Origin: Lentisphaeria bacterium
Lineage (GTDB): Bacteria; Verrucomicrobiota; Lentisphaeria; JABSQK01; JAWLHB01
Length of the DNA: 57,934 bases
Reading direction: 5' to 3'
NCBI GenBank assembly: GCA_041690595.1
Contig: JAWLHB010000049.1
Coordinates: forward strand, 1 to 57,934
In this document: piece by piece, positions 28,790-38,173 of the stretch
Layout of the letters: each line of letters begins with the position of its first letter
How positions within the stretch are numbered: the stretch's first letter is position 1
Position numbers and translations under genes: made by a program
The notes under the pieces: generated by a model
Seen by the model: the letters and a program-made list of their open reading frames with translations, nothing else
What the model was told of the DNA's origin: nothing
Database searches by the model: none

Positions 28790-28906
28790 TGTGGAGGCGA
28801 CCAGCTCGGGGCTTTGGGCGATGGGGGGACGGGGGTCGGACGGGGTCGGACGGAGTGCTCTGTAGGATCCTACTCATTGTGATCCGCGAACACCATAGTA
28901 CGGAGA

Positions 28907-30025
28907 ATGCCAACGATGCAAGCTGACGCACGCGTCCATGCTGCCCTCAGGCGGCAGCCCGTCGATCGCGTACCAATCTGGATGTGGTATCAGCCGGACA
29001 CTCTGCGCAGACTCGGCGAGCTGCTGGAGATACCCCCGGCTCACGTTACCGATGCCCTTGGCGATGACATTCGGCAGGCCTGGGTCGGCAATAACTCTGC
29101 CATGGAGGGTGTCGTCCTGCAGAACAATGGCGACAGCTTTACCGATGCCTGGGGCATCGAGTGGGTGAAGGAGGGTGGCTTTAACCAGATTCGCAACGAA
29201 CCTTTACGCGGCAAGAGTGATGCGGAGGTGCTGGATTATCGCTTCCCAGCGGATTGCCTGCCGGAGCTGATGGCGCCGATGGAGCGGCTGGTGGAGAGTG
29301 CCGGCGGCTACTTTCTGGGTTGCGATGTGTCGCCGTGCCTTTTCGAGATGATTTGCCGGCTGCGCGGCATGGAGAATGCGTGGATGGATCTGGCGGCTTC
29401 GCCTGACATGGCCCAGTCTCTGTACCAGAAGGCATGCGAGTTCTCGCTGAAGCTGGCGGAGGCTGCCTGCCGGCAGTTCCCGCTCGACTGGCTGTGGACG
29501 GGAGATGATGTGGGAAGTCAGCGTGACCTGATGATGAGCCTCGCGTGCTGGCGCCAGCACATCCGCCCACACTTGGCGCGCATCTTCGCGGTGGGAAAGG
29601 CGCATGGGCTGGTCGTGGCCTACCACTCCTGTGGTGCGATCCGGCGTATCATCCCGGATCTGATTGAGATTGGCCTCGACGTCCTCAATCCGATCCAAGG
29701 CATATGCCCCGGCATGGATCCAGTCGAGCTGAAGCGCGAATATGGTCGCGACCTTGCCTTCATGGGTGGCGTGGACACGCAGCACCTGCTGCCCAACGGC
29801 AGCGCCGAGGAGGTGTACGCCGAGACGTCGCGTCTGCTCGAGGCGATGACGGCGAACGGAGGTGGCTACATACTCGCCGCCTCGCATACGGTGCCGCCGG
29901 AAACGCCGCTCGACAACATCTTTGCGCTCTATGCAGCAGCCGGCATCAGCCGCGACGAGATCTTCGCTCGCGCCGCTGATAGCCGCCAGCAACAGCAGGT
30001 GAATCCTGGAAACCGTGTAAACTGA
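28907..30025 (+). CDS. Uroporphyrinogen decarboxylase (MtaA/CmuA-like) family protein
   Basis: 'DRVP', 'LRGME', 'GDD.G.Q', 'YHSCG', 'LNPIQ', 'GGVDTQ' and 'GGYILA.SH'. Confidence 0.85.
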   Translation: MPTMQADARVHAALRRQPVDRVPIWMWYQPDTLRRLGELLEIPPAHVTDALGDDIRQAWVGNNSAMEGVVLQNNGDSFTDAWGIEWVKEGGFNQIRNEPLRGKSDAEVLDYRFPADCLPELMAPMERLVESAGGYFLGCDVSPCLFEMICRLRGMENAWMDLAASPDMAQSLYQKACEFSLKLAEAACRQFPLDWLWTGDDVGSQRDLMMSLACWRQHIRPHLARIFAVGKAHGLVVAYHSCGAIRRIIPDLIEIGLDVLNPIQGICPGMDPVELKREYGRDLAFMGGVDTQHLLPNGSAEEVYAETSRLLEAMTANGGGYILAASHTVPPETPLDNIFALYAAAGISRDEIFARAADSRQQQQVNPGNRVN

Positions 30026-30049
30026 AAATCTGCACCCGGGGACAGAGCC

Positions 30050-30613
30050 ATGAATACCGCGTTGCTTATCATCGACATGCAGAACGACTTCGTTCTGCCT
30101 TCAGGGTCGGCCCACATTCCGAATGCCTGCGAGACAATCCCGGCAATTTGCAGAATTCTGACCATCTTTCGCGAAAGGAAGCTCCCTGTCTTTCATGTTA
30201 TTAGGAGCTATCGCGCAGACGGAAGCGATATCGAGATTACGCGAAGGGAAGCCTTCATGGCTGGGCCAACGTACATCGTTCCCGGTACCCATGGCGCTCA
30301 GATTGTCGATGAGCTTCAGCCTGCCGAAGATGAGTATGTCATCATCAAAGCGCGCTTCTCAGCATTTTTTGCAACGGAGCTGGATCTGATCTTGAGACGT
30401 CTTCGAATCGAGAGGGTTGTGATCTGCGGCACACAATATCCCAACTGCATTCGAGCCACGGCCTTCGATTCCCTTTCCCATGGCTATGATACCGCGGTCG
30501 TACTCGAGGGAACGTCGGCAGCAACCCCTGAGGTGGCGGCGGCGAACATATATGATCTTCGCAAAGTCGGCATTCGCTGCATCAGCCTGTCAGAACTGAC
30601 GTTCGACGCATGA
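30050..30613 (+). CDS. Isochorismatase family cysteine hydrolase
   Basis: 'IIDMQNDF', 'K.RFSAF..T.LD' and 'NCI..TA.D' carry the D-K-C triad. Confidence 0.9.
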   Translation: MNTALLIIDMQNDFVLPSGSAHIPNACETIPAICRILTIFRERKLPVFHVIRSYRADGSDIEITRREAFMAGPTYIVPGTHGAQIVDELQPAEDEYVIIKARFSAFFATELDLILRRLRIERVVICGTQYPNCIRATAFDSLSHGYDTAVVLEGTSAATPEVAAANIYDLRKVGIRCISLSELTFDA

Positions 30614-30823
30614 GATCGAAGAGAGATCTCGCCCCAAGGAACAAATCGGGGTTCGCGTCCGCCTTGCTTCAGTCTTGGCCGCGGCGAAACCTTCGCATGC
30701 CCGCGACAAAGCGCTTCTTCTGACAAGGGCAGTCCCCGCTTCAAGCTTTTCAACAGTCAGGAAAAAGCGCGGCTCTGGCGGATGGCTGCGTCAGTCACGT
30801 GACTTCCTGACCGGGTGGCTCGA

Positions 30824-31474
30824 TCAGCCGCGATGGCTCAACGAATAGGTCAACTCGCCAAGCCCGACTGAGATGTGCTCCCGACGGACGAAGATGTCCG
30901 GCGGCACTACCACATTCACCGGCGCGAAATTCCACAGGGCTCGGACACCGCCGGCCACAAGAATATCCGCCGCCTGTTGTGCGCCGGTCGCCGGCACCGT
31001 GATCACCCCGATATCCACGGGATGCGTCGCCAGGAAGGCTGACATCTCCGAGAGCGGGAGAACCTTCTCGCCAGCCACGACGGTGCCCGCCTTGCTATCG
31101 TCAACGTCAAAGAGCCCCACCACCGTCAACCCATAGGGAGCAAAGCCGCCATAGGATGCCAAGGCACTGCCCAGTCGTCCTACGCCAACCATCACCGCTG
31201 ACCACGAATGGTCCAAGCCCATCACTTCGCGGATCACCTCGCCGACCTCCGCCGAGCGAAAGCCCATGCGCGGATGACCGCGCAATCCCACGCGCCCCAA
31301 GTCACGACGGACCTGGCTGTCGTCCAGATTGAGTTGCCGCGCAATTTCGACACTCGCCACCCACTCGCTTCCCGTTTCACCGGAAAGAGACTGGAGGGCA
31401 TGATAGTAATGCATGAGGCGTTCGAGAAACGTGTGCCTCAGCGGCTGCTGACGCTTTCCGGTCGTATTGGCCAA
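30824..31474 (-). CDS. rex: Redox-sensing transcriptional repressor Rex
   Basis: wHTH 'ERL..Y..S..I...QVRRDL', NADH-binding 'VGVGRLG.AL', 'FD' and 'WNFAP'. Confidence 0.9.
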   Translation of the reverse strand: MANTTGKRQQPLRHTFLERLMHYYHALQSLSGETGSEWVASVEIARQLNLDDSQVRRDLGRVGLRGHPRMGFRSAEVGEVIREVMGLDHSWSAVMVGVGRLGSALASYGGFAPYGLTVVGLFDVDDSKAGTVVAGEKVLPLSEMSAFLATHPVDIGVITVPATGAQQAADILVAGGVRALWNFAPVNVVVPPDIFVRREHISVGLGELTYSLSHRG

Positions 31475-31507
31475 TATCCTGCTCCTTTCTGCGTGAAGTT
31501 GACTATA

Positions 31508-31879
31508 TCAGTCAAGCGCGCGTTTTACAAGCTTGAGCAGGTTTTTCGGATCCACCGGTTTCTGCAGGATCCCCTTCAGACCCAACTGACTGTAGTCAGC
31601 GTTCATGTTGAAGGAATCACCCACGGAGGTGACCATGTAGATCGGGACCTTGCTCCCCAGCGCCTTGATCTCCTTCACGAGGCTCGTGCCGGCGTCGACT
31701 TCCTCCATCATCAGGTCGACGAAGACGAGGTCCACGTCGTTCGCCTTGAATGCTACCAGCCCTTCTTCCGCAGTCGGCGCCGTCAGCACCGTGTATCCCT
31801 CGTTCTCGAGCACCATGGTGAAGTAGTCGAGGATATCCTGATCGTCGTCAATGGCGAGGATGATTGTCGTGTCTGCCAT
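31508..31879 (-). CDS. Single-domain response regulator
   Basis: 'IDDD', 'VDLMM', 'TS' and 'KP' receiver motifs only. Confidence 0.9.
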   Translation of the reverse strand: MADTTIILAIDDDQDILDYFTMVLENEGYTVLTAPTAEEGLVAFKANDVDLVFVDLMMEEVDAGTSLVKEIKALGSKVPIYMVTSVGDSFNMNADYSQLGLKGILQKPVDPKNLLKLVKRALD

Positions 31880-31917
31880 AACTTTCTCCTGTTTGGTCCA
31901 TCTGCAACAGCGTTGAT

Positions 31918-32403
31918 CTAACTAAAGCATGCCGCGAGGTGTTCGGGCGGCCAACCCGCCTTCACCGCTCCTTCGAAAAAAGCCACCGCCTGATCCAGAT
32001 TCTGCCGTGCCTTCGAACTGAGACGTTCGCCGAACTCGTTGAACTCGTAGCCACGGATGCCGATCACGTATGCCTCCACATCCGCCGCAAACAGTTCGCG
32101 CGCCAGATGCAGCACCTGCCCCGGCTCCACGTGATGCGAGCTGAAGCTGCCGCTCGCATCCGCCTTCAGTTGACGGCAGTAGAACGGCTCGCGACCGCTG
32201 ACCGCGGCATCCACAAAGATTGCCTGCCGGTAGCGGCTGATCAAGTCGGCATCTTCAACCGTCAACTGATAATCCGCTTCCGTCTCCACCTGATCCAAGT
32301 GCAGTTGCCGCACCTTCTCGGCAAAGGCCGGCCCCAGGCCGTCGTCAAGGCGGCCCGGGTTGCCGTACCCCATGACCAGCATGCTGGCTCCAGTCGAGGT
32401 CAC
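31918..32403 (-). CDS. hoxW: Hydrogenase maturation protease (HoxW-like)
   Basis: 'GYGNPGRLDDGLG', 'FVDA' and 'SSH'; GTG start overlaps the hoxH stop. Confidence 0.85.
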   Translation of the reverse strand: MTSTGASMLVMGYGNPGRLDDGLGPAFAEKVRQLHLDQVETEADYQLTVEDADLISRYRQAIFVDAAVSGREPFYCRQLKADASGSFSSHHVEPGQVLHLARELFAADVEAYVIGIRGYEFNEFGERLSSKARQNLDQAVAFFEGAVKAGWPPEHLAACFS

Positions 32404-33833
32404 TGCTTGGTTACCTCCTGCACCACCCGCCCCTGCGCATCGATCAGCTCCACGCTGAGCGGCATCTGCCCAAGCGCATGCGTGGCACACGAAAGACACG
32501 GGTCGTAGGCTCGAATCGCCACCTCGATGTGGTTGAGTAGCCCTTCCGTGATCTCGGCCTTGCCGTCGATATGCGAGTTTGCCACCTGGCGTACCGCCGC
32601 ATTCATCGGCTCGTTGTTCTGGGTCGTCGAGACGATCAGGTTGGCCATCACCACCTGGTCGCGGTCGTTCACCTTGTAGTGATGCCAGAGCGTGCCGCGC
32701 GGGGCTTCGATAACCGCTACCGATTCCTCCTGCCGTTCGCCCTTAACGACCAGATCGGTACCCTGCAGATCGCTATCATTGAGCAGCTCGGCGATCTTCT
32801 CCATGGCGTGCAGCAGCTCGATCATCCGCGTCCAGTGATAGGCCATGGTGATATTGTTCGGCTTGCCGTTGGTCACCGCCATGAACTCCTGGCGCGCCGC
32901 CTCCGCTTCCGGCGTGTCGATCCGGTCGCAGACGTTGATCCGCGCCAGCGGCCCCACGCGATACCACCCCTTCTCCGGCCCCAGCTTCTTGACGAAGGGG
33001 AACTTCATGTACGACCACGGCTTCACTTCCTCGGCCATGAACTGAAGATAGTCGTTCGGGTCGCATTGATCCAGAACCATGTTGCCCGCCGCATCCTTGA
33101 CGCGGAACTTGCCATCGTACAGGTCCATGGTCCCATCTGCCCGCACAATGCCGCCGTGGTTCGATTCGAAAGAACCGAAAGGCGCCAGCTCCGCCAGATT
33201 CGCGACTGTGTAGTCCCTGGCAATCTTGAGCGCCCCGCGAGACCACTCCAGATGCTGCTCCACATCCTTGATGAGAAGATCCCGCTCCGCCAGCGACAGG
33301 TTCTTGTTGATCCCGCCCGGAATCGCGCCCGTTCCATGGATCCGCTTGCCGGCAGTCGCCTTGATGACCTCCTGGCCGTACGCTCGCATCTTCACCGCTT
33401 GCACCACCAGATCCGGAAACTTGGCGGCTACGCCCAACACATTCCGCTCCCTCAGGTCCGAACCGAATCCGAAGAGCAGATCCGGCGAGGCCAGATGGAA
33501 GAAGTGCAGCGCGTGCGACTGGTACGTCTGCCCATAGTGCATCAGGCGACGCATCTTCTCTGCCGTCGGCGTCAATTGCTTTACCCCGACGATACCATCC
33601 ATCGCCTTCGCGGCACAAAGATGGTGGCTAACCGGGCAGATGCCGCAGAGCCGCTGCACCAGCACCGGCACTTCCCAGAAGGGGCGCCCCTGCACAAATC
33701 GCTCGAATCCCCGAAACTCCACCACGTGAAATCGCGCCTGCTTGACGTGATTCGCTTCATCCAGGTACAACGACACTTTGCCGTGCCCTTCCACCCGGGT
33801 GATCGGCTCGATGATGATCCGCTTATCGCTCAT
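32400..33833 (-). CDS. hoxH: NAD-reducing [NiFe]-hydrogenase large subunit (group 3d)
   Basis: RVEGHG, L1 RLCGICPVSH, L2 DPCLSCATH, followed by a cleavable C-terminal extension. Confidence 0.93.
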   Translation of the reverse strand: MSDKRIIIEPITRVEGHGKVSLYLDEANHVKQARFHVVEFRGFERFVQGRPFWEVPVLVQRLCGICPVSHHLCAAKAMDGIVGVKQLTPTAEKMRRLMHYGQTYQSHALHFFHLASPDLLFGFGSDLRERNVLGVAAKFPDLVVQAVKMRAYGQEVIKATAGKRIHGTGAIPGGINKNLSLAERDLLIKDVEQHLEWSRGALKIARDYTVANLAELAPFGSFESNHGGIVRADGTMDLYDGKFRVKDAAGNMVLDQCDPNDYLQFMAEEVKPWSYMKFPFVKKLGPEKGWYRVGPLARINVCDRIDTPEAEAARQEFMAVTNGKPNNITMAYHWTRMIELLHAMEKIAELLNDSDLQGTDLVVKGERQEESVAVIEAPRGTLWHHYKVNDRDQVVMANLIVSTTQNNEPMNAAVRQVANSHIDGKAEITEGLLNHIEVAIRAYDPCLSCATHALGQMPLSVELIDAQGRVVQEVTKQ

Positions 33834-33851
33834 GGCTATCTCCCTGTGGCC

Positions 33852-34397
33852 TCAGTCGTATTTCACAAGTTCGTACGGCAGGTCGAGCGGCTGATTGGTG
33901 AGCAGCGCCACCAGCGCCTGGTAGATTGTCTCCGCGGGCGGCGGACAGCCAGGCAGAAAATAGTCGATCTTCACGATCTCCTGGCACGGATAGACCCGGT
34001 CAAGGATGAGCGGAATCTCGGCATCATTGGGGATAACCCGGTCCGGATTGTAAACCGTCGGCCCATCCAGGTACGCCTCCGTCAGACATTCCGCCAGCGG
34101 AATATTGTTGCGCATCGCGGGGATGCCGCCCATCGTGGCGCAGTCGCCCAGCGCGATCAGGATGTCGCAATGTTCACGGAACAACTCCAGGACGTGCAGA
34201 TTCTCCTCGCTGCAGCAGCCACCCTCGATCAGCCCCACCAGGCAGCGGCCCGTGAAGCTCTTGATGTCGTTGATCGGCGACTTGTCAAACTGCACCAGAT
34301 CCGCCACCGCGAGCAGGCGCTCATCCATATCCAGAATCGACATGTGGCAGCCAAAACACCCTGCCAGCGATGTCGTCGCTACTTTTGGTTTGCTCAT
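33852..34397 (-). CDS. hoxY: NAD-reducing hydrogenase small subunit
   Basis: GCFGCHMS, 'GDCA..GG' and 'PGCPP'; short, about 181 aa. Confidence 0.92.
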   Translation of the reverse strand: MSKPKVATTSLAGCFGCHMSILDMDERLLAVADLVQFDKSPINDIKSFTGRCLVGLIEGGCCSEENLHVLELFREHCDILIALGDCATMGGIPAMRNNIPLAECLTEAYLDGPTVYNPDRVIPNDAEIPLILDRVYPCQEIVKIDYFLPGCPPPAETIYQALVALLTNQPLDLPYELVKYD

Positions 34398-34413
34398 CTT
34401 CTCTTCCCCACGC

Positions 34414-35124
34414 TTAGTTGGTGGACTTCGCTTCGATGTCGGAGCCGATTGGTTCATGGTCGTACTCGCGCTGCCCCACCGGCCTGCTGAAGCCGACCCG
34501 CTTGCGCATCAGCGCACCCACCGGGCACGCATCCACCGCCTTGTCAGTCGCCTTCAGTTCCGTCTCGCCGAGACCATCCGCCGAATCGACCCCCACCCGC
34601 TTGTGGATCCCCCGACCCACAAACTGGAAGATGTTCTTGCCATCTTTCGTCTTCGACGTCTGTACACAGCGGCCGCAGAGCACGCAACGATTGTGGTCCA
34701 CAAAGACATCGTCGTGCGTGCAGTCGATCTCGCGCTTCGGGAACATGTAGGGATAACGCGGAGCCGTGATCCCGTATCGGTAAGCCAGTGCCTGCAGCTC
34801 GCAGTTGCCGCTCTTCTCGCAGAACATGCAGAAGTGGTTTCCTTCCACCAGCAGCATCTCCACGATGCTCTTGCGCAGCTCGCGCACCGCCTCCGTGTCG
34901 TTCTCTACCATCATCCCTTCCGCGATGGGCTGGGTGCAGGCCGACTGTGGGCGCCCGTTAACGAGCACCGTGCAAATGCGGCAGCTGCCGTGCGGCGCAA
35001 GATCCTTGCTCGCGCAGAGCCGCGGAATGTAAATTCCCACAGCCTCGGCTGCCTGCAGAATCGTCTGCCCCCGCTGCCCGACGATCTCTCGGTCATCGAT
35101 TGTAAATGTGATTGTCGTTGACAT
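34414..35124 (-). CDS. hoxU: NAD-reducing hydrogenase diaphorase Fe-S subunit
   Basis: 'IPRLC..GSCRIC', 'H.C..C..GNCELQ', 'CVLCGRC' and 'CPVGAL'. Confidence 0.92.
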   Translation of the reverse strand: MSTTITFTIDDREIVGQRGQTILQAAEAVGIYIPRLCASKDLAPHGSCRICTVLVNGRPQSACTQPIAEGMMVENDTEAVRELRKSIVEMLLVEGNHFCMFCEKSGNCELQALAYRYGITAPRYPYMFPKREIDCTHDDVFVDHNRCVLCGRCVQTSKTKDGKNIFQFVGRGIHKRVGVDSADGLGETELKATDKAVDACPVGALMRKRVGFSRPVGQREYDHEPIGSDIEAKSTN

Positions 35125-35134
35125 GGTTGACTCC

Positions 35135-36955
35135 TTACTCCTCGAAAATGGCGGATTTGCGGCCGGCGATCTTTTCGTGCGTACCGAGTGCCTTCTTCAG
35201 GTCGAAAGTCGGCAGGAATGCTTCCTCTCCCGATGCCGCGATCAGCATCGTGTAATCGCTCCGGAAGTTGGCCAGGCTCGTGAGGATCGGGTTGGCGGCG
35301 GTCTGTCCAAGGCCACAGCGGCTCCCCAGCTTCACCGTCTTGCCAAGCTCTGCCAGGTAGTCGAGATCGGCCACGCTACCCTTGCCCGCGAGCAGCTCGT
35401 CAAGCTTCCGCTTCATCAGCGACATCCCGACCCGGCATGGGGTGCAGTACCCGCAGCATTCCTCGATGAAGAATTCCGTGTACTGCCTGGCGATCTCGAC
35501 TATCTTGCGGCCCTGGCCAAAAATCACCAGCGAGCCGCCCGTGGCCAGATCGTCGTAGCAGATCGTGCGGTTGAACTGTGCTTCGCCGATCAACTGACCG
35601 CTCGGCCCGCCAATCTGCACCGCCTTCGGTTCGTCCGCCCCTGCAAGCTGCAACACCTCCTGAAGGGTGGTGCCGAATTCCACTTCATAGATCCCCGGCA
35701 TGGAGCAGTCACCCGATATGCTCAGCAGCTTCGTTCCGGGGCTCCCTTTCGAGCCCAACTGCGCAAACCAGGCCGGGCCATTCTCCAGGATCGGCGGCAC
35801 GCAGCAGAGCGTCTCCACGTTGTTCACGCAGGTCGGCGTATCCAGATATCCCTTCTGCGCCGGGAAGGGTGGCCGGGTCTTGGGATCCCCCCGCAGCCCT
35901 TCGCAAGAGCTGATCAGCGAGGTCTCTTCGCCGCAGATGTACGCCCCCGCACCCATCTGGATCCGGATGTCGAAGTTGAACTTCTCGTTGTCACAAATGC
36001 CCAAGCCAAGCAGCCCCATCTCCCGGCGACGCTCCAGCACCTTCTCCAGGAAGGCACGCAAGTACGCGTACTCCGCCCGCAGATAGAGTATGCCTCTCTC
36101 CGCCCCTATCGCGTATGCCGCGATCGTCATCCCCTCAATGAGCAGATCCGGGCGCTCCGTCAGCACCACCCGATCCTTGAATGTGCCCGGCTCCCCTTCA
36201 TCCGCGTTGCAGATCAGCGTGCGGGTCGCGCCACCGGAATTGCGCGTGAACTCCCACTTCATTCCCGCCGGAAATCCCGCCCCACCTCGGCCGCGAAGCC
36301 GCGCCGTCTTCACATCCCGGATCACCTCCACCGGACTCATCGCGAGCGCCTTCCGAATCGCGTCCCCGATGTGATACTCGCCGAAGATCACCGGCCCCGT
36401 CTTGCGGATGTTGTTCACCACCATCGCCCGCACCAGCGGATGCGCGTTGTTGCCGTCGCCAAAGGTGCGCACCAGCCGCCGCGCGTCAAGATGCTCTTTC
36501 AACGACTCTGCTACCCGCTGCGCCTTGTCCGTCGAGAACCACGTCACCGGCTCGTCATTGATCAACGCCGCCGGCGCCTGGTCACTCAAGCCGATGCAGG
36601 GCGTCCACTCCAGCGTCACCGCTCCGTCTGCCGTCGTCTCCCCCATCTTGATGCCGAAGGCTTGTTCCAGCACAAACGCCGTCGCATCCACCCCCCGCAT
36701 CTTGTCCACCACATCATTGCAGAGGCGGATCACCACCTTACCCTGCGGACGATCCGTCAGGAATGCATAAAACGATACCACGCTCTCCACTTCTACTCGG
36801 TGAGTGTTGCACTCGTCGGCAATGATCGACATCGCCCCTTCAGGAACATGCTGAAACTCGGCTTGCACCTCGCGGACGATGTCCATCATCCGCGTACGGT
36901 CACGCCCGAATTTCTCACATATCCCCTTGACCTTCCCTTCCATTGACTTGCTCAT
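35135..36955 (-). CDS. hoxF: NAD-reducing hydrogenase diaphorase flavoprotein (NuoE+NuoF-like)
   Basis: GRGGAGFP, NADEGEPGTFKDR, GAGAYICGEET, NNVET and CGYCTPCR..C; start at ATG 36955 with GGAG RBS. Confidence 0.92.
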   Translation of the reverse strand: MSKSMEGKVKGICEKFGRDRTRMMDIVREVQAEFQHVPEGAMSIIADECNTHRVEVESVVSFYAFLTDRPQGKVVIRLCNDVVDKMRGVDATAFVLEQAFGIKMGETTADGAVTLEWTPCIGLSDQAPAALINDEPVTWFSTDKAQRVAESLKEHLDARRLVRTFGDGNNAHPLVRAMVVNNIRKTGPVIFGEYHIGDAIRKALAMSPVEVIRDVKTARLRGRGGAGFPAGMKWEFTRNSGGATRTLICNADEGEPGTFKDRVVLTERPDLLIEGMTIAAYAIGAERGILYLRAEYAYLRAFLEKVLERRREMGLLGLGICDNEKFNFDIRIQMGAGAYICGEETSLISSCEGLRGDPKTRPPFPAQKGYLDTPTCVNNVETLCCVPPILENGPAWFAQLGSKGSPGTKLLSISGDCSMPGIYEVEFGTTLQEVLQLAGADEPKAVQIGGPSGQLIGEAQFNRTICYDDLATGGSLVIFGQGRKIVEIARQYTEFFIEECCGYCTPCRVGMSLMKRKLDELLAGKGSVADLDYLAELGKTVKLGSRCGLGQTAANPILTSLANFRSDYTMLIAASGEEAFLPTFDLKKALGTHEKIAGRKSAIFEE

Positions 36956-37042
36956 GGACCACTCCGTCTTGATGACTGCGGTGTTTCGGGGGAACAACCT
37001 GAGGAGAAGCGCTTTGCCTTTCCCCAGATTCTGCCTGTCCAT

Positions 37043-37117
37043 TCGTGACGGCTTTCACGATTTAACATAGCCGCCGCCAATCCTCCTGTCCAACTTCTCG
37101 TCGTGAAAAATTCACGA
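37043..37117 (-). promoter_or_regulatory. Predicted hox promoter flanked by two Rex-like operators
   Basis: Minus strand TGGACA (37092-87)-N17-TATGTT (37069-64). Palindromes TCGTGACGGCTTTCACGA (37043-60) and TCGTGAAAAATTCACGA (37101-17) resemble the Rex consensus TTGTGAA-N4-TTCACAA. Confidence 0.7.
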
Positions 37118-37149
37118 TAATATTTTATACGTCGTTCGTAACACGGCCT

Positions 37150-37800
37150 TCAGCTTGTCCCCTGCTGTCCACGCAGCCAGGCGAGCCACGCCTCAAAGCC
37201 TTCCCCGCTCTTCGTCGACAGTCGGATCAATGGAGCCGCTGAGTTGATCTCCGCAAGGTCGCTCTCCACGCGCGACATGTCGAAGTCCAGAATTCCCAGC
37301 AAGTCCACTTTGGTCAGCAGAATGCAGTCCGCCGTCTGAAAAAGTGTCGGATACTTGGCTACCTTGTCGTCTCCCTCGGGCACACTCAGCAGCGCCACTC
37401 GCCGGTGCTCCCCCAGATCGAAACTCGTGGGGCAGACCATGTTGCCGACATTCTCGATGAAGACAAAGCGGATCTTCTCCAGCTTCAGCTTGCCCAGCCC
37501 CGCCTGCACCTGCTCCGCCGACAGATGGCAACCCCGCCCAGTGTTGATCTGAACCGCCTCCGTCGTCTCCGTCGCCAACCGCTCCGCATCCCGGCTGGTC
37601 TGCAGATCGCCCACCAGAACAGCGCAGCTATGCGGCTCCAGGCTGGCAATCGTTCTCTGCAGCAGCGTCGTCTTCCCGCTCCCCGGCGCACTGATCAGGT
37701 TCAACGCCGTCGCCCCCGCACCTTCCATAAGCCGCCGATTCTCCTGCGCGATCGCGTCATTGGCCTTCAAGACATTGGTCACCACTTCAATCTTCCGCAT
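37150..37800 (-). CDS. hypB: Hydrogenase nickel incorporation GTPase
   Basis: PGSGKTT, 'TG.GCHL', ENVGN..CP, 'EGDDK..KYP' and TKVD. Confidence 0.95.
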   Translation of the reverse strand: MRKIEVVTNVLKANDAIAQENRRLMEGAGATALNLISAPGSGKTTLLQRTIASLEPHSCAVLVGDLQTSRDAERLATETTEAVQINTGRGCHLSAEQVQAGLGKLKLEKIRFVFIENVGNMVCPTSFDLGEHRRVALLSVPEGDDKVAKYPTLFQTADCILLTKVDLLGILDFDMSRVESDLAEINSAAPLIRLSTKSGEGFEAWLAWLRGQQGTS

Positions 37801-37809
37801 CGATGGACC

Positions 37810-38157
37810 TCACGAAGTTTCACAGTGCAACGCTTTCAAGATGATGCCGCGGCCGGCCAGCAACTCGGCATCGGCCACGCCACAGGCCGGGCAGCGGTAA
37901 TAGGCTATCTCCGGCACGTACGCCTCTCCACATCCACGGCAACGCGCCCGAGGCGCAACTTCCGTAACCGTCAATGTCGCGCCCGCGGCTACGCCATCCT
38001 CCGCGGCCATGGCAAATGCCTGCACCAGCGCTTCCGGTACGATCAACTCCAAAGCGCCAATCTCCACCTCAACGCCGGTAACCTGCACTATCCCGTGCCT
38101 GGCCGCTTCCAAGCAGACCTGCTCCACCAACTCTGCCGCTATTGCCGCTTCATGCAT
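37810..38157 (-). CDS. hypA: Hydrogenase maturation nickel metallochaperone
   Basis: MHE N-terminus, CRGC and CPAC zinc finger. Confidence 0.93.
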   Translation of the reverse strand: MHEAAIAAELVEQVCLEAARHGIVQVTGVEVEIGALELIVPEALVQAFAMAAEDGVAAGATLTVTEVAPRARCRGCGEAYVPEIAYYRCPACGVADAELLAGRGIILKALHCETS

Positions 38158-38173
38158 GACATGCTCCGGTCGG

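Noticed and set aside
32400..33833. [NiFeSe] hydrogenase or selenocysteine recoding
   Set aside because: The L2 motif is DPCLSC with ordinary Cys codons and there is no in-frame TGA.
37060..37070. dif-like XerD arm (minus strand CTATGTTAAAT)
   Set aside because: There is no XerC arm at the right spacing. It is better explained as the -10 box of the hox promoter.
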